This document shows, piece after piece, positions 28,603 through 39,813 of a stretch of 64,000 bases of DNA. The notes below the pieces were generated by a model. The model had not been told where the DNA came from. It was given only the letters and a program-made list of their open reading frames with translations, and searched no databases. The stretch's first letter is position 1; every line of letters begins with the position of its first letter. The DNA is from a virus (lineage: Duplodnaviria; Caudoviricetes): IMG/VR virus record IMGVR_UViG_3300028591_000087, positions 1-64,000 of that record. One strand, written 5' to 3'. The translations under genes were made by a program, and so were the position numbers.

Positions 28603-28977
28603 TCACTCGGCGTCAGCCAGAGTGAAGAGCACGGTCCGCTTCTCGCCGTCAACCTTTTTCAGGCTTCCCGCATCCACAAGAGCCTTCAGAGCGGCAGAAG
28701 CCTTCTGTACGCTCACGCCGAAGCTCATGGCAATCTCGCCAGCCCGGTAGGCACCACCCTGCTCGGTGATGTAGTCCAGGATCTCAGCCCGGAACTCAGC
28801 CTTGGCTTTGTCAGCCTTGGTCTCACCGGTCTTGGCTTTCAGAGCAACCCGCTCCAGCCGGTCGATCTCTTTCTGAATGACGTCCCACGCCATGCGGGCT
28901 TCGTCGGTGTCGATGGTTCCCAGAGCATCCTGAGCCAGAGCAAACGCGGTCTTTTTGGTCATCTTCATCTTTTCCAT
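28603..28977 (-). CDS. Winged-HTH protein, paralog family member 3
   Basis: RAGEIA...SVQKASAALKALVDAG. Confidence 0.75.
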   Translation of the reverse strand: MEKMKMTKKTAFALAQDALGTIDTDEARMAWDVIQKEIDRLERVALKAKTGETKADKAKAEFRAEILDYITEQGGAYRAGEIAMSFGVSVQKASAALKALVDAGSLKKVDGEKRTVLFTLADAE

Positions 28978-29082
28978 GGTATCAATCCCTTTCTGCGCTC
29001 TTGGCGCTGTCGTTTATTGTGAGGAGGGCTTTTTCCCTTCCTTCATCTTACATATATATTATATAATATTTTTTTTAAGTTT

Positions 29083-29289
29083 TCAAGTCACTTGGTATTT
29101 CGTCAGGTCCCATCCTTCATTGAGCGCCATCTCTACGATGTGTTCCGGTGAAGAACTTTCGATGATTCCGAGCATCACCATTCGGAATGATAAATCAGAT
29201 GCTCCGAACCAATCTATTAGATCTTGCCGGATTCGGTCGGTGTCTACTGTAATCGTTCTTTCTTCCACGCTTTTCTTTCCCCCTTTCAC
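29083..29289 (-). CDS. Hypothetical protein
   Basis: Own promoter and RBS; start uncertain. Confidence 0.55.
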   Translation of the reverse strand: MKGGKKSVEERTITVDTDRIRQDLIDWFGASDLSFRMVMLGIIESSSPEHIVEMALNEGWDLTKYQVT

Positions 29290-29347
29290 TGTATATATAT
29301 TATCAAATTTTTTTTATGTTTTCAAGTGACTGCGGGGTTCGAGTGGA

Positions 29348-29692
29348 TCAGCCGTAAACCCAACCATTGGCAATGCTTTCTTCAATGTCTGAAGCATATC
29401 GCGCACGCGGATTAGCTTCGAGTTCAGCAATGCGCTGTCTCAACCGCTCGATTTCACGATCACGCGCTTCTTTTTCACTCAGAGTGACAATCTCGCAAGA
29501 CCAGGGAGTCAGACGAAAAGAGCAAGAATTACCGCACGTAGGACAACGTACAATGTCATCGCAGTCGCCATGACCAACGATTTCGTTGCGGAAATCATTA
29601 TCGTTACACTCAAAGATGGTTCCGCACTGCTTGCATGTGACACGATAGTTGGCTATTGTTTTCGGTGTCGGGGCTTTGATTACTCTAATCAT
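29348..29692 (-). CDS. Zn-ribbon protein (paralog of 39112-39354)
   Basis: CKQCG..F...NDF...VGHG..D...CPTCG. Confidence 0.65.
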   Translation of the reverse strand: MIRVIKAPTPKTIANYRVTCKQCGTIFECNDNDFRNEIVGHGDCDDIVRCPTCGNSCSFRLTPWSCEIVTLSEKEARDREIERLRQRIAELEANPRARYASDIEESIANGWVYG

Positions 29693-30261
29693 AAGTTTCT
29701 TTCCTCCCTTCATCTTACATACATATAATATCAAATTTTTTTCAAAATTTCAAGTCACTATTGGTTTCGTTAGCAACACGCATCAGTTCTTTGTAGAGAT
29801 TCCGAAGGGTTTCGCGCAGGCTTTCGTTTTCAGCACGGAGTTGACGATTTTCATTATACAGGTCGTTGTAACGACTGAGGTCGATCCGAATCTGTGTATC
29901 ATCCATCATGGTTTTCTTTCCCCTTTCACTATAGATATAATATCAAAATTTTTTTAAACTTTCAAATGACTACTGGGTTCGTTTAGATCTTTCTCATAAT
30001 AGTATCAGCTCTTGTTCTAATTCTGTGATCCAGCGTTTATCATTAATATCAGTCGCGCATTTTAACTGGTTAAGATACTCTTCGAGCCATATTGAAGGAT
30101 ATTGTGCCGGATTTTCACGATGCAATTTGTGTGCTTTGTTGCTGAGTTTACGGTACTTGCCGTTCATTTTTTCCATTTCCCGTATCTCCCCTTTCACTAT
30201 AAATATATTATCAAATTTTTAAAAAAAAATCAATCGAGCCACAAAGTGACTCGATAATGTG

Positions 30262-30558
30262 TTATGCGCCAGACTAGCCATTTTTGATATTTTCTACGAC
30301 AGATCGTGCGGGATCCCAAACACCGCGCTGTTCATCCCATGTTCCACGACCCTTGGAGTCACGTAGGATCTCCTTTTCCGCGATCTCCAAAGCTCGCTTT
30401 AGTTGTGCATTCTCTTGGATCAGGGCAAGGTTCTCTGCAGCCAGCTGTTTTGCTATCATAATGGTTTCCAGCACAACGTCAGTCTTTTGTTCATTCAATT
30501 TCTGGATCTCTTTCATATTTTCCAGCAGATCAATTTTCTCTTGCGGTGTCATAATCAT
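30262..30558 (-). CDS. Hypothetical coiled-coil protein
   Basis: Ends at TAG 30274, or at TAA 30262 with read-through. Confidence 0.6.
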
Positions 30559-30812
30559 CCGAAGTTACCATAAAAGCCATCAATGTTAGTCATTCCCGCA
30601 GGCGGGGTCCAGGCTTTCCTTTCTTCATAGTTTTTTACTTCGATTTGAAGATCCTCTTTTTCATGCTCAAGCTGATGAATCTGCTCATGACATTTGACCA
30701 ATTCAGCCTTGGCCGCATCCAACAGTGCTTTGTATTCATTTATGGTTGCATGAAGTTCCCTGTTAGTCTGAACTGCAAGACGGTATGCGTTCTTGTAGTT
30801 GAATTCTGCCAT
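30555..30812 (-). CDS. Hypothetical coiled-coil protein
   Basis: AAGGAG RBS. Confidence 0.65.
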   Translation of the reverse strand: MAEFNYKNAYRLAVQTNRELHATINEYKALLDAAKAELVKCHEQIHQLEHEKEDLQIEVKNYEERKAWTPPAGMTNIDGFYGNFG

Positions 30813-30817
30813 TCAGA

Positions 30818-31090
30818 TCACTCCTTTTTATGATATTCGCACATTGCACATGCGCCAGGATGATAGCAGTCATCACAATGAGTGTATTCATCTACCTCAT
30901 CGTCATAAACTTCATCGTTCAGATCCTCTTTCAGTTTATCCAGTCCAGTCTGGAACTGCGCAAATACCTCTTGCGCAAAGAGATCAGGAGTAATATCCAT
31001 ATCGTAATACTCCCGAATAGTCCAAAAGATATCATTGAATTCATCCATTACCGCATTCATTGTTTCAGCGATTCTTTCGTGTGTAGCCAT
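30818..31090 (-). CDS. Hypothetical acidic protein with C-terminal Cys motif
   Basis: GGAGG RBS, own promoter. Confidence 0.65.
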   Translation of the reverse strand: MATHERIAETMNAVMDEFNDIFWTIREYYDMDITPDLFAQEVFAQFQTGLDKLKEDLNDEVYDDEVDEYTHCDDCYHPGACAMCEYHKKE

Positions 31091-31188
31091 TTTATATCCC
31101 TCCTTCACTATAAATATATTATCAAATTTTTTATAAAAAATCAAAAGACCTCTAATCACTTAGAGGTCAATTGTAATGTCGCCCAGAC

Positions 31189-32037
31189 TTATTTTTTTAA
31201 GTTTTGGGCCATCATAATGAAAGGGAGGAAATTTTCGTTCTTGTCGGATCCCATTAGATACATCAGCATCATTGGATCCATATCTTTCAGACTGCCGTTC
31301 ATCAGCACAAAAGGGAGCATATCATCCATCTTTCCGTCCTGCATAAGAAGGAATGGGAGCATATTGCCGAAAGGACTGTCCGCACTTGCGTTTTTATAGT
31401 CTACCAAGGAGATGATTTTGGTTACAAAATTGAAACCGAATGGGCTCTTGGTAGGATAAATAACCTGACGGGAACCATTTGTGATATCTACAACATCAAG
31501 AGTGTTACTATCACTGGTATCAATTACGAAGCAATAATGCTTATTGTGGATAACAATATCACCCATTTCGACGTCTTTAATGGCGACAGGCATCTTATAG
31601 AATAGAGAGGTTTTCGTGTTGATTGTGAATGGATCTACATCTACGATTTCATCATTGTCGAAGTCGTATAGAACGTATTTGCCGGTTTCGTTGCGCACAG
31701 CCATTCCGCGCATAGAGAGTGCAATAGCATCGCCCGCAGGACCAAAATCAAGATTCAGCATTTTCATGTTGTCTTTCTCCTTATTTATTTTTTCTTTTAT
31801 TTTAGATTCTTTATCAATAAAATTATTTATGTAATCATATAAAGATTCTCCATCTATTGATACATTATTACTGTTAAGATTTAAACCAATAGCAGTTCCA
31901 TTGTTTGATGGTATTTCAATAGTGTAATCTGATGCTGTATATGGATATGGATACATATCATTCGCATTGCTATATGTGCCGGTTGAGACAGATGTGCAAA
32001 CGGATCCATTCCAGCTTTGTACTTTTGATATACTCAT
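31189..32037 (-). CDS. Hypothetical protein with Met-rich C-terminus
   Basis: 282-aa ORF with LPFLLM/DPMMLM repeats. Confidence 0.75.
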   Translation of the reverse strand: MSISKVQSWNGSVCTSVSTGTYSNANDMYPYPYTASDYTIEIPSNNGTAIGLNLNSNNVSIDGESLYDYINNFIDKESKIKEKINKEKDNMKMLNLDFGPAGDAIALSMRGMAVRNETGKYVLYDFDNDEIVDVDPFTINTKTSLFYKMPVAIKDVEMGDIVIHNKHYCFVIDTSDSNTLDVVDITNGSRQVIYPTKSPFGFNFVTKIISLVDYKNASADSPFGNMLPFLLMQDGKMDDMLPFVLMNGSLKDMDPMMLMYLMGSDKNENFLPFIMMAQNLKK

Positions 32038-32376
32038 ATATTACTCGTCTTCTACACCGTCACAGATGAAATCGTGTGTATGGACCCATCTCTGACATTC
32101 GTCGCAGATATCCTGCCGATCTACGAAAGGACACTCTTTGCAGTTTGTCATATCAATTTTAGCCATGTAGAAATCTCCTTTCTTATTTTCTATTGTTATA
32201 TTATCAAAAATTTCTTAAAAAATCAAGCTGGGGAGTCAAAAATTCCGTCACAGGGAAAAATCGTTTCGTCACGAGGAAACGGAAACTTGATTTCGAAAAA
32301 AAATTATGGTAGTATAGAGAAAAGATAAGAGATTATAGCTTATCTGTACAGATAATTAGAAAAAAGGAGACTAAAG

Positions 32377-32574
32377 ATGACTAATAAGATTATTTACACA
32401 CGCCGCATTGCGATGAAGCTGATCGAGATGGGGAACATTCCGAGTGGCACAACACCTAATCCAAGTAAACCTGAGTTTCTCTGTTGGATCTTTCCAGTGA
32501 GTAATAAGTTTGAGAAGGATCTTCAAAGCATCCTTGATGAACGGAAGACGACTGCGCCGAAGAGCGCGGAATGA
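32377..32574 (+). CDS. Small protein, DUF5659-like
   Basis: IYTRRIA..L...G......PNP.KP....W.F pattern; AAGGAG RBS. Confidence 0.5.
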   Translation: MTNKIIYTRRIAMKLIEMGNIPSGTTPNPSKPEFLCWIFPVSNKFEKDLQSILDERKTTAPKSAE

Positions 32575-32657
32575 GATCCGAAGTGACTTTGAACCTGCGT
32601 TCGCGCAGGTTTTTATTTATGTGAGTAAAATTTTTAGGTAAAAAATCTACCATACTT

Positions 32658-32820
32658 TGTACAATTTTTGTATATAAGTGGAAATTTTAACAGCCATCGA
32701 GTGTACAAAAAATGTATATAAGTTATATACAAAAATTGTATACAAAATTTTCTATGAGATGTACAAATTTTTCTATTCCGTGTACAAATTTTAGATCGGG
32801 GTATAAACTATTTGTACAAA
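32658..32820. repeat. TGTACA/TGTATA repeat cluster, iteron-like
   Basis: About 9 TGTACA/TGTATA/TATACA boxes with A/T-run spacers. Confidence 0.7.
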
Positions 32821-32887
32821 ATTGGTCAAAAAAGTATAGGGAGTCATTTCAAAAAATCAAATTAAAAGAAAGGATTGTGATTTTGAA

Positions 32888-33475
32888 ATGCAAATTTAGA
32901 AAAATTCACGTCAAATTCCGAGATCAAATGAGATTGTTGGAAATAAAAATTATTGTGATTTAGTTTATTCGTGGTTTTAGTGTGCATCTGAAATGGATGA
33001 TAGCGGCCAACGTTATATTATGAATAATAGGATTAATATAAGTGGTATTGGTCGTGAAGTAGGAATGGATCGGCGCACCGCAGGAAAATATGTGAAACAT
33101 TTGTATGATGCTGGACTATTGGAAGATAAAGGAGATCGTACACTATTGAAACTTTTAGAGAAGAATGTAGCGACTCTTGTACCTTGTCCAACATTGCGAT
33201 AGATTATGAATTCATTGCATCGAAATAGTGTTAGTATATTTTCTTATCTTTTGGTGAGATATTTTGCGAATATGGAGAATCCTTATTTCATTACATATAA
33301 TGAGTTAAAGAAGTATATTGGTATTTCTACTGCAACGTCTTCAAATAATGTAGTTGTTAGTGATATATTAAAGACATTACAAACATTAGGATTGATAGAT
33401 TATATAATTATATAGACTGATGCAACGAGATGTAATATATAGATATAGAAAGTAACTAATGTATTGCCTGAATGA
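32888..33475 (+). CDS. 195-aa double HTH protein, replication-initiator-like (6 TAG)
   Basis: ORF fragments at 32993 and 33206 are in frame and joined by TAG; ISGIGREVGMDRRTAGKYVKHL and YNELKKYIG..LKTLQTLGLI. Confidence 0.68.
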
Positions 33476-33551
33476 GTGTACATTTTTTGTATATAGGTGT
33501 ACAATTTTTGTATATAGGATGTACAAAATTTTCCATGAGTTGTACAAAAAA
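33476..33551. repeat. Second TGTACA/TGTATA cluster
   Basis: Closely resembles part of 32658-32790. Confidence 0.7.
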
Positions 33552-33900
33552 TAGTATTGAGAATAATAGAATAGAGAATAGAAATAGAAGGGGAGAAATA
33601 TCTCCCTACGGTCGATATTTCTCCCCTATGGTTGACGAATGGGGAAAATTATGGTATTATATAAGCAGAATGGAAGGACTATGACCAAACAGAAAGGGAC
33701 TATTGATTAATTCTACTTAAAACTGAATAAAATTGTAGGTGAAGGAGAAGTGGGTCAGCCGATCGGTGCTAGGTACCTATATACACTTTTCTCGTCTCCG
33801 TTATCGTTATTGCGCATTGTATACTGTATACAAAATACTGTATACTGGATACTGTATACAAAAAAAAAGAGCCAGGCTTTACAGCCTGGCTTATTTCTTT

Positions 33901-34389
33901 TTATCTGAGTCCAAAGGACTTCAAGAAGTTGTCGATCACATCACTAGGATCGGTTTCCTTCTTCTTCTCGGTCTTCGGAGTAGCCTGAACCTTCCAGTTC
34001 TTATTGAGGGTATCAACAACCGTGCAGATATCCTGAGCGAACTTCGTGATATCCTTAGCCTGCTTCTCACCTACAATGAAGATCTCCTTCAACTGATCCC
34101 CAGTGAAGCCAGCGTTCTTGATGCCGTGTGCCTTAAACCAGGCATTCAGTACCATCGCGCAGTCATCATCGGTGAGTTCATCATCGATCATGCGGTTGGC
34201 AAGTTCCGCAACCTTGACTCCATACTGAGCGCGCTTTCTTTCAGCTTCTTCTTTTGCTTTTGCTTCGGCTGCCTTAGCTTCTGCGATGTCCTCTTGGGCA
34301 TGTTCAAGAAGGTTATAAAGGTCGTCAAATGAACCGGTTCCATCTGCGAGAGCCTTCTGAAGTGCTTCGATAATCGTCTTTTGATCCAT
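33901..34389 (-). CDS. Hypothetical protein
   Basis: AGGAG RBS; hairpin terminator near 33870-33895. Confidence 0.75.
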   Translation of the reverse strand: MDQKTIIEALQKALADGTGSFDDLYNLLEHAQEDIAEAKAAEAKAKEEAERKRAQYGVKVAELANRMIDDELTDDDCAMVLNAWFKAHGIKNAGFTGDQLKEIFIVGEKQAKDITKFAQDICTVVDTLNKNWKVQATPKTEKKKETDPSDVIDNFLKSFGLR

Positions 34390-34909
34390 ACGTATGTCTC
34401 CTATTGTTTATATTTTATGGATATTCTCTTATCCTATTGTTATAATATCAAAATTTTTTTAAGAAATCAAGCTTCCGGTCGCAAAAGAAGCTTCCCCCGA
34501 GTATATTTTATCAAAAAATTGATAAAAAGTCAATAAAATGGTCATTTTTCTTGTTTTTTCTTGCAAATTGCTAGCAAAAACACGCAAAAATTGGATAAAA
34601 ATCGTATTTTGTATCCAAAATACTGTATACAGTATCCCGATCGGTGCTAGACCGCATTTTCGGGAAAATTTAGGCGCATATGATGAGTTGCCATGCACTT
34701 TCGAACATATGTTGGGCCATATAGATCGCGGAATTTCGGCCCGAGTCGCCCGCGACCGGGCCGTCGGCATTACGGGAAAATTACAGAACTGTTACAAAAC
34801 TATGAAATCGAAAATTGGATTCTGAATACTGTATACAATCGCGAAAACTGGCCGCTGCGCCCAGCAGCGGCCAGTCCAATAGAAAAACCCGGCTTTCGCC
34901 GGGCTTTGG

Positions 34910-35320
34910 TCATGCCTTTTTGGGGCGGTGGGCGGTGAGGGTTGCGGAGTAGTGAACGCCGTTCAGCACAAAGTCAACCTGCCGTTCCGGGTTGACAACC
35001 TCAACCGCTTCACAGGGCGAGTTATCAGCTCCGAAGCAATTAGCCATTGCCTGTATAAGCAACCGCTTGTCCGGGTTCTCTTTGCGCTCCCGTTTGCGTT
35101 CCTTGCCGTAGGCATCCACCGCACGACCTTTGCGCAAGTCCTTGCTCACCTGCTCCTGCTCTGCGGTCAAGGCGTATTCGGTAGCAGTGCCGTGGTCTAC
35201 TTCCTGATCGTACCAAGCGCAATCAGCCTGTTCCCGGAGTTCGGTGTAGTCGATCCGCTCGTCCGGGTGCTCCTGCTCGTACTTGTCCAGATACTGGTCA
35301 ATGAACTGCTCTTTGGTCAT
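34910..35320 (-). CDS. Hypothetical protein (paralog of 36990-37358)
   Basis: Shared AYGK..KRERK..KR.LI...VVNPER...YS.TLT.HR. Confidence 0.75.
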   Translation of the reverse strand: MTKEQFIDQYLDKYEQEHPDERIDYTELREQADCAWYDQEVDHGTATEYALTAEQEQVSKDLRKGRAVDAYGKERKRERKENPDKRLLIQAMANCFGADNSPCEAVEVVNPERQVDFVLNGVHYSATLTAHRPKKA

Positions 35321-35375
35321 TTGGCTTCCCTCCTTTGATTTCCTGTAATTATTTTATCAAATTTTTTTTATTTTG

Positions 35376-35939
35376 TCAACAGGCAGTTTCTGCTTCCAGA
35401 TAAGTACGTACAACTCGGTTGAACACTATCGTTGACAGATCAACTCCGAAGAACCGATCATTTTTGCAAAAGGCGTCCGGATATTTGCGGATAAAGAACG
35501 CCCGGGCTTGACTTTCCGCACCTTCGCAAGGGATTGTTCCGCAGTCAATCACAGAGCAGATTTCCGTTGACCCAACAGGGATCCCGTGCTTTTGGTAGTA
35601 TTTAACCTCCTCTTGCAATCTCTGCTCCGGTAACCGGGTAGTCGTGCCGACTTTGGAACAAATCAGCTTGCCGTCCGAATCATAGAATTTGAACAGGTAA
35701 ACCAACTGCTTTCCACCACGCAGAACCGCCTTGACCTTTTTGGTTACATGATAGAAAAACTTTTTTGCCTTCTCAAGCAGATCAGCAAACTTTTTGATGT
35801 AACCTTTGATTGTGCTTTCTGCGTACTCAACCCATTTGCGGATTTCCGCAGGGGTAAAACCGCAGGAGTCAAGATAGACAACCTGCAACCGCTTTGTGTC
35901 CGTGTCCTTAAACTTTTGGAAAACATCAACCTTTGTCAT
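35376..35939 (-). CDS. HTH plus GIY-YIG-like domain protein
   Basis: VYLFKF...KVGTTTR.P.QRL motif. Confidence 0.5.
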   Translation of the reverse strand: MTKVDVFQKFKDTDTKRLQVVYLDSCGFTPAEIRKWVEYAESTIKGYIKKFADLLEKAKKFFYHVTKKVKAVLRGGKQLVYLFKFYDSDGKLICSKVGTTTRLPEQRLQEEVKYYQKHGIPVGSTEICSVIDCGTIPCEGAESQARAFFIRKYPDAFCKNDRFFGVDLSTIVFNRVVRTYLEAETAC

Positions 35940-36294
35940 TTTGTCATTCCTCCTTAATTCATTTCATCAAATACAAACCAGTAAATCACCAACATGATTA
36001 TAGCACTAATCAGCAAGATCGTCAACCCCAACTTGAGAAAGAAAATGCCGACCAGTAAACCGAGGATACCGAGGCCACCCAAAAGTACGAACAACCCGAA
36101 CATACAGATCACTCCTTTCGCCTATTATAATACACCTTATGGGAAAATCCGTCAAGCATTTTTTCATGCGAATTTTGGTAAAATTTTTTCCCAGATCCGA
36201 CATCATGCAAAATACCGGTCTTTTTCGGCTGCGTAGCGGCCGAAAAAGACCGGCTCAGCTGTTAGCTGAGCCGGTTGCCCTGGGGCTGTGCCGA

Positions 36295-36648
36295 TTAGGC
36301 ACGGGCGAACTTGTTCACCCGTTTAACCGGCACTTTGGTAGCCCGTCCCTCGTCCACCAGAGCGTTCACCAAAGCGGACACTTTCTGATTAGACAGTACA
36401 GAGAGCCGGGGATCACGCCCCATGATCTCAGTCACAGTGGACGGTTCAGCGGTGAGAACGGACAGCACCACCTCTTTCAGCTCGGCATTTTCGAGCTGTT
36501 TGGCGGTGGGCTTGCGCTCACCGGAGTTCCGCTTGACCTGCTGGTCACGCAGGGCGGACAGCTTAGCGACTACCTCAGTCATAGCCGGATCAGCGGACAG
36601 GGCGGAGATGGCAGTGGACAGAGCGACAACGTAGGTGAGTTTTTCCAT
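36295..36648 (-). CDS. Winged-HTH protein, paralog family member 4
   Basis: KPTAKQLENAELK...SNQKVSALVNALVDEG. Confidence 0.78.
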   Translation of the reverse strand: MEKLTYVVALSTAISALSADPAMTEVVAKLSALRDQQVKRNSGERKPTAKQLENAELKEVVLSVLTAEPSTVTEIMGRDPRLSVLSNQKVSALVNALVDEGRATKVPVKRVNKFARA

Positions 36649-36989
36649 AGGTATTACCTCTTTCTCCGTTTTTAGGAGTATCGGCTCTCCCTTATTACGG
36701 ACTCATTATACTACACTTTCAGCGATCTGTCAAGGAGAAATTTCACTTGCCGGATCGGGCTTGCCAGTGGGGTGGCGGTGGGTGAGCCCCTTCCCTTCCG
36801 CACAAGTATTATCTCATAAACTTGTTTCAAAAGTGTTACGAAAGGATCACATTTAGGACATAACTTCCTGAACAAATTGTTAGTATTTTGGATACAAAAA
36901 TGCGGAGATGCCTGCTGATGCGAAAATCTGGTCTTTCACGACTGCGTAGCGGCCGTGAAAGACCAGCCCAAAAGGAAGCCCCGAAGGGC

Positions 36990-37358
36990 TTAGCCCTTCG
37001 GGGTGCGGTGGCGGGTGAGGGTCACAGAGTAGGAACCGAACCGGATTTCCCGCTCGGGGTTGACCACTTCGGGGGCGAGGTCGGCAAGAGCCTCAACCAA
37101 CCGCCGGATCAGCTCCCGCTTCTCATCATCCGGCTTGCGCTCACGCTTGACCGCTTTTCCGTAAGCGTTGACTGCCCGGGCGCCCTTCCGCATTTCTTTG
37201 GCGATTTCTTCTGCGGTTCCGTCCAGATCATAAGGGGTGGGGCGGTCATGGTCGATTTCATTGTCCCACCAAGCCAGTTCTGCGTTCTCTCGGTCGCACT
37301 CGTGCTTGCTCTGGTATTCAGTCAACCACTTTTCGGTGGGATAGCGGATTTCAGTCAT
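36990..37358 (-). CDS. Hypothetical protein (paralog of 34910-35320)
   Basis: Shares the motif noted for 34910-35320. Confidence 0.75.
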   Translation of the reverse strand: MTEIRYPTEKWLTEYQSKHECDRENAELAWWDNEIDHDRPTPYDLDGTAEEIAKEMRKGARAVNAYGKAVKRERKPDDEKRELIRRLVEALADLAPEVVNPEREIRFGSYSVTLTRHRTPKG

Positions 37359-37406
37359 TGGATCATCTCCTTTCAATGGTATTGTACCACATTAGAAAAG
37401 GGGTTG

Positions 37407-38087
37407 TCAACCCCTTTTCTCATAGAGCACCCGTTCCATCTTGTAATGGGTGCGGTAAGCCTTGAAAATGATTTCCCGTTCAATGGTGGTATCTTCAAAG
37501 GCGGTGTGACTTTCCACAAAATTCATGTTGCCAGTAATGAAGCGGTACAGGATTTCGGCGGTCATGCGGGGGCGGGGCGTGGCGTGCTTTGTCATGTAGC
37601 CGTTTTCTTCGCAAAACTTGCGGTAGGTCGGGCGGTCGGCGAAGGTTTTTGCCATCTTCATTGAATCCCAGATTTCGAAGGAGTCAAGCACACGACACTT
37701 GTGACCGTACAGCCATTCAAAAGTAGTGTTGAGAGCGTCAATGTCGAAGCGGGCATTATGAGCAACAATTGCAATCACGTTTTCCTTGCGGGCGGTGGTG
37801 ATAATGTCCATCAGTACATCACAGAAAGCCTTGATTTCCCGCTTGCCTTCGGCGATGTCCTTAAAGTAGTGGGGGAGCTTTTCGGCGTAATAGCAGGACT
37901 TCATCCGATCCATTTCGCCGAAGAAGATTTCCCGCACGATGTAGGACTTTTCGCAAATCACAGAGCCGGTGGCGGGTTCAATCACAGAGTAACCAACATC
38001 ATAGGTCAGGTTATTGCCGGGCAGGACTTTTTCCAGTTTTTGGATGTTGCAGGTTTCGGTATCCAGTACAAGCAGACGATTTTTCAC
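37407..38087 (-). CDS. DEDDh 3'-5' exonuclease
   Basis: VLDTET, AHNARFD, HTAFEDT. Confidence 0.85.
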   Translation of the reverse strand: MKNRLLVLDTETCNIQKLEKVLPGNNLTYDVGYSVIEPATGSVICEKSYIVREIFFGEMDRMKSCYYAEKLPHYFKDIAEGKREIKAFCDVLMDIITTARKENVIAIVAHNARFDIDALNTTFEWLYGHKCRVLDSFEIWDSMKMAKTFADRPTYRKFCEENGYMTKHATPRPRMTAEILYRFITGNMNFVESHTAFEDTTIEREIIFKAYRTHYKMERVLYEKRG

Positions 38088-38286
38088 AGGTAGCACCTCT
38101 CTCATTTCTTCTGTCCCTTGCGGGATCATGTATAGAATACCACAAAACCGCAGATCTGTACATAGCAGATTTGGGAAAATTTTTGACCAGATCCGACATG
38201 GCGTTTTGAGTGGCAAAAACTGGAATCTGTGCCTATTGCGTAAACTCCGGTTGTTTTCGGCTGCTGTGCGGCCGAAAACAACCGGC

Positions 38287-38505
38287 TCAGGTTTTGAGCC
38301 GGTCGAGATCTTCCTTGTATGGGGCACAGTCCCCAAAAGGACAGGGGAAAGAGCCGTTGTGTGTTACGGCATCAAACCCATGAACTGCGTATTTTGCGAC
38401 GCAGTACCCAGGTCCGTTCATAGTGGCATCTTGCCAAAAGGGGCAAGCGTGGCAATTTTCTTGCCATTGTTGCGGGAAACGGTTAAAGCCTTTCAGAACT
38501 ACCAT
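38287..38505 (-). CDS. Cys-rich small protein
   Basis: CHACPF...YC...CP; GAGG RBS. Confidence 0.55.
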   Translation of the reverse strand: MVVLKGFNRFPQQWQENCHACPFWQDATMNGPGYCVAKYAVHGFDAVTHNGSFPCPFGDCAPYKEDLDRLKT

Positions 38506-38510
38506 TTTTA

Positions 38511-38948
38511 TTACCTCAATCCTTTCAGAATTTCCACAATATACTGTGGATCATAAGCGCCATCACCCCAGGTATTGCGGTTCGGTTCTTCGTCATCGAA
38601 GAGGATACCGCCCCCGGTTGCGGTCAGCTTGTCCGTTCCGTACCGGACAACCCGGATTTCGTCCCACTCTACGGAAGGCAAGTGCTGAGCAAGCCATGCA
38701 CGTTTTGCCATCTCTACGGCGAGGTTGTAAACCTCAGAGCCGTTTTTGGCAGTCCACGAAATGATACCGAGCTTCCAACCATCAGCCTGCAAGCGGTTCA
38801 GCAACCGGGCGAGCAGAGAGAAATTGAGCATCGGTTTCGCCATCGCATAGGGGCGAACGTTTTCGGAGCGGATATCGGCAAGCCATCCCTCTACGGCGTA
38901 AAGGTTAGCGAGCGTCCCGTCCATGTCGAACCAGATAGCCTTAGTCAT
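38511..38948 (-). CDS. HAD-family 5'(3')-nucleotidase-like protein
   Basis: FDMDGT, ILFDD. Confidence 0.8.
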   Translation of the reverse strand: MTKAIWFDMDGTLANLYAVEGWLADIRSENVRPYAMAKPMLNFSLLARLLNRLQADGWKLGIISWTAKNGSEVYNLAVEMAKRAWLAQHLPSVEWDEIRVVRYGTDKLTATGGGILFDDEEPNRNTWGDGAYDPQYIVEILKGLR

Positions 38949-39111
38949 CAGTGAATCCCTCCTTCTGTACCATTATAATACACCTAACAGGATTTTTTGT
39001 CAAGAGGTTTTTAGCCTTATTTTCAAAAGTTTTTTTCCTGTGATCCGGTGCTAACGCAAACTCGGTTCATTTGCGGCCATGAGGACCGCAAATGAACCGC
39101 CAAAAACCGGG

Positions 39112-39354
39112 TCAGTCGACCCGGTTCATGGAATCGTAAATTGCTCTCCCGCACTCGGGGCACAGCAATCTGTAATCCATTTCGCCATGTCCCACAAGAG
39201 TATAAGCAAAATCATTGAGAGTTGCTTTGAATACACAACCGCAACCGCCGAATACTTTTCCAGTACTGCGGGAATACCCGCATTCGTAGGTGTGCGTTTC
39301 TTGTTTTGCTTTCTCTTGTTTATAAGCCTCGCCGTGACAGATTACCTTAATCAT
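39112..39354 (-). CDS. Zn-ribbon protein
   Basis: CGCVF...VGHG..D...CPECG. Confidence 0.62.
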   Translation of the reverse strand: MIKVICHGEAYKQEKAKQETHTYECGYSRSTGKVFGGCGCVFKATLNDFAYTLVGHGEMDYRLLCPECGRAIYDSMNRVD

Positions 39355-39369
39355 TTTTCCTTCCTCCTT

Positions 39370-39813
39370 TTAATCCGGGATCTTATCCCAGGTTTCTTTC
39401 AGAATCCGCATGATTTTGCGATCCAGTTCACAGAACTCAACCAAATGGTCAGTAACTTCCACAATCGCCCAATTAGTTGCAATCCGTTCATTGTAGAGAT
39501 TGAAATACTCTTCCGGGTCAGTGATTTCATTTCTTTTGTCTGTGTCATCTTTAATCCACATTTCTGTTTCAAGGTGTCCAAGCTCGTGCATGAAGGAGAG
39601 CAGGAACACAGAGAAGATTTCACAGACTGGACGCTGTTTGACAATGAACTGTTTGAACTCTTCTCCGCCCTTTTCGGAAATGATTGGAGAATAGCAAATC
39701 TTGTTCTTATCAAGCAGAGCCATAAAGTCACCGGACACTTCAACAGTATATTCCGGATCATACTTTTGTGCAACCTCGTTCAGCAGGGCAGTCAGTTCAG
39801 CAAATTCCTCCAT
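39370..39813 (-). CDS. HExxH zincin-like protein
   Basis: FMHELGH...E..AT.WA; paralog of 43551-43994. Confidence 0.62.
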   Translation of the reverse strand: MEEFAELTALLNEVAQKYDPEYTVEVSGDFMALLDKNKICYSPIISEKGGEEFKQFIVKQRPVCEIFSVFLLSFMHELGHLETEMWIKDDTDKRNEITDPEEYFNLYNERIATNWAIVEVTDHLVEFCELDRKIMRILKETWDKIPD

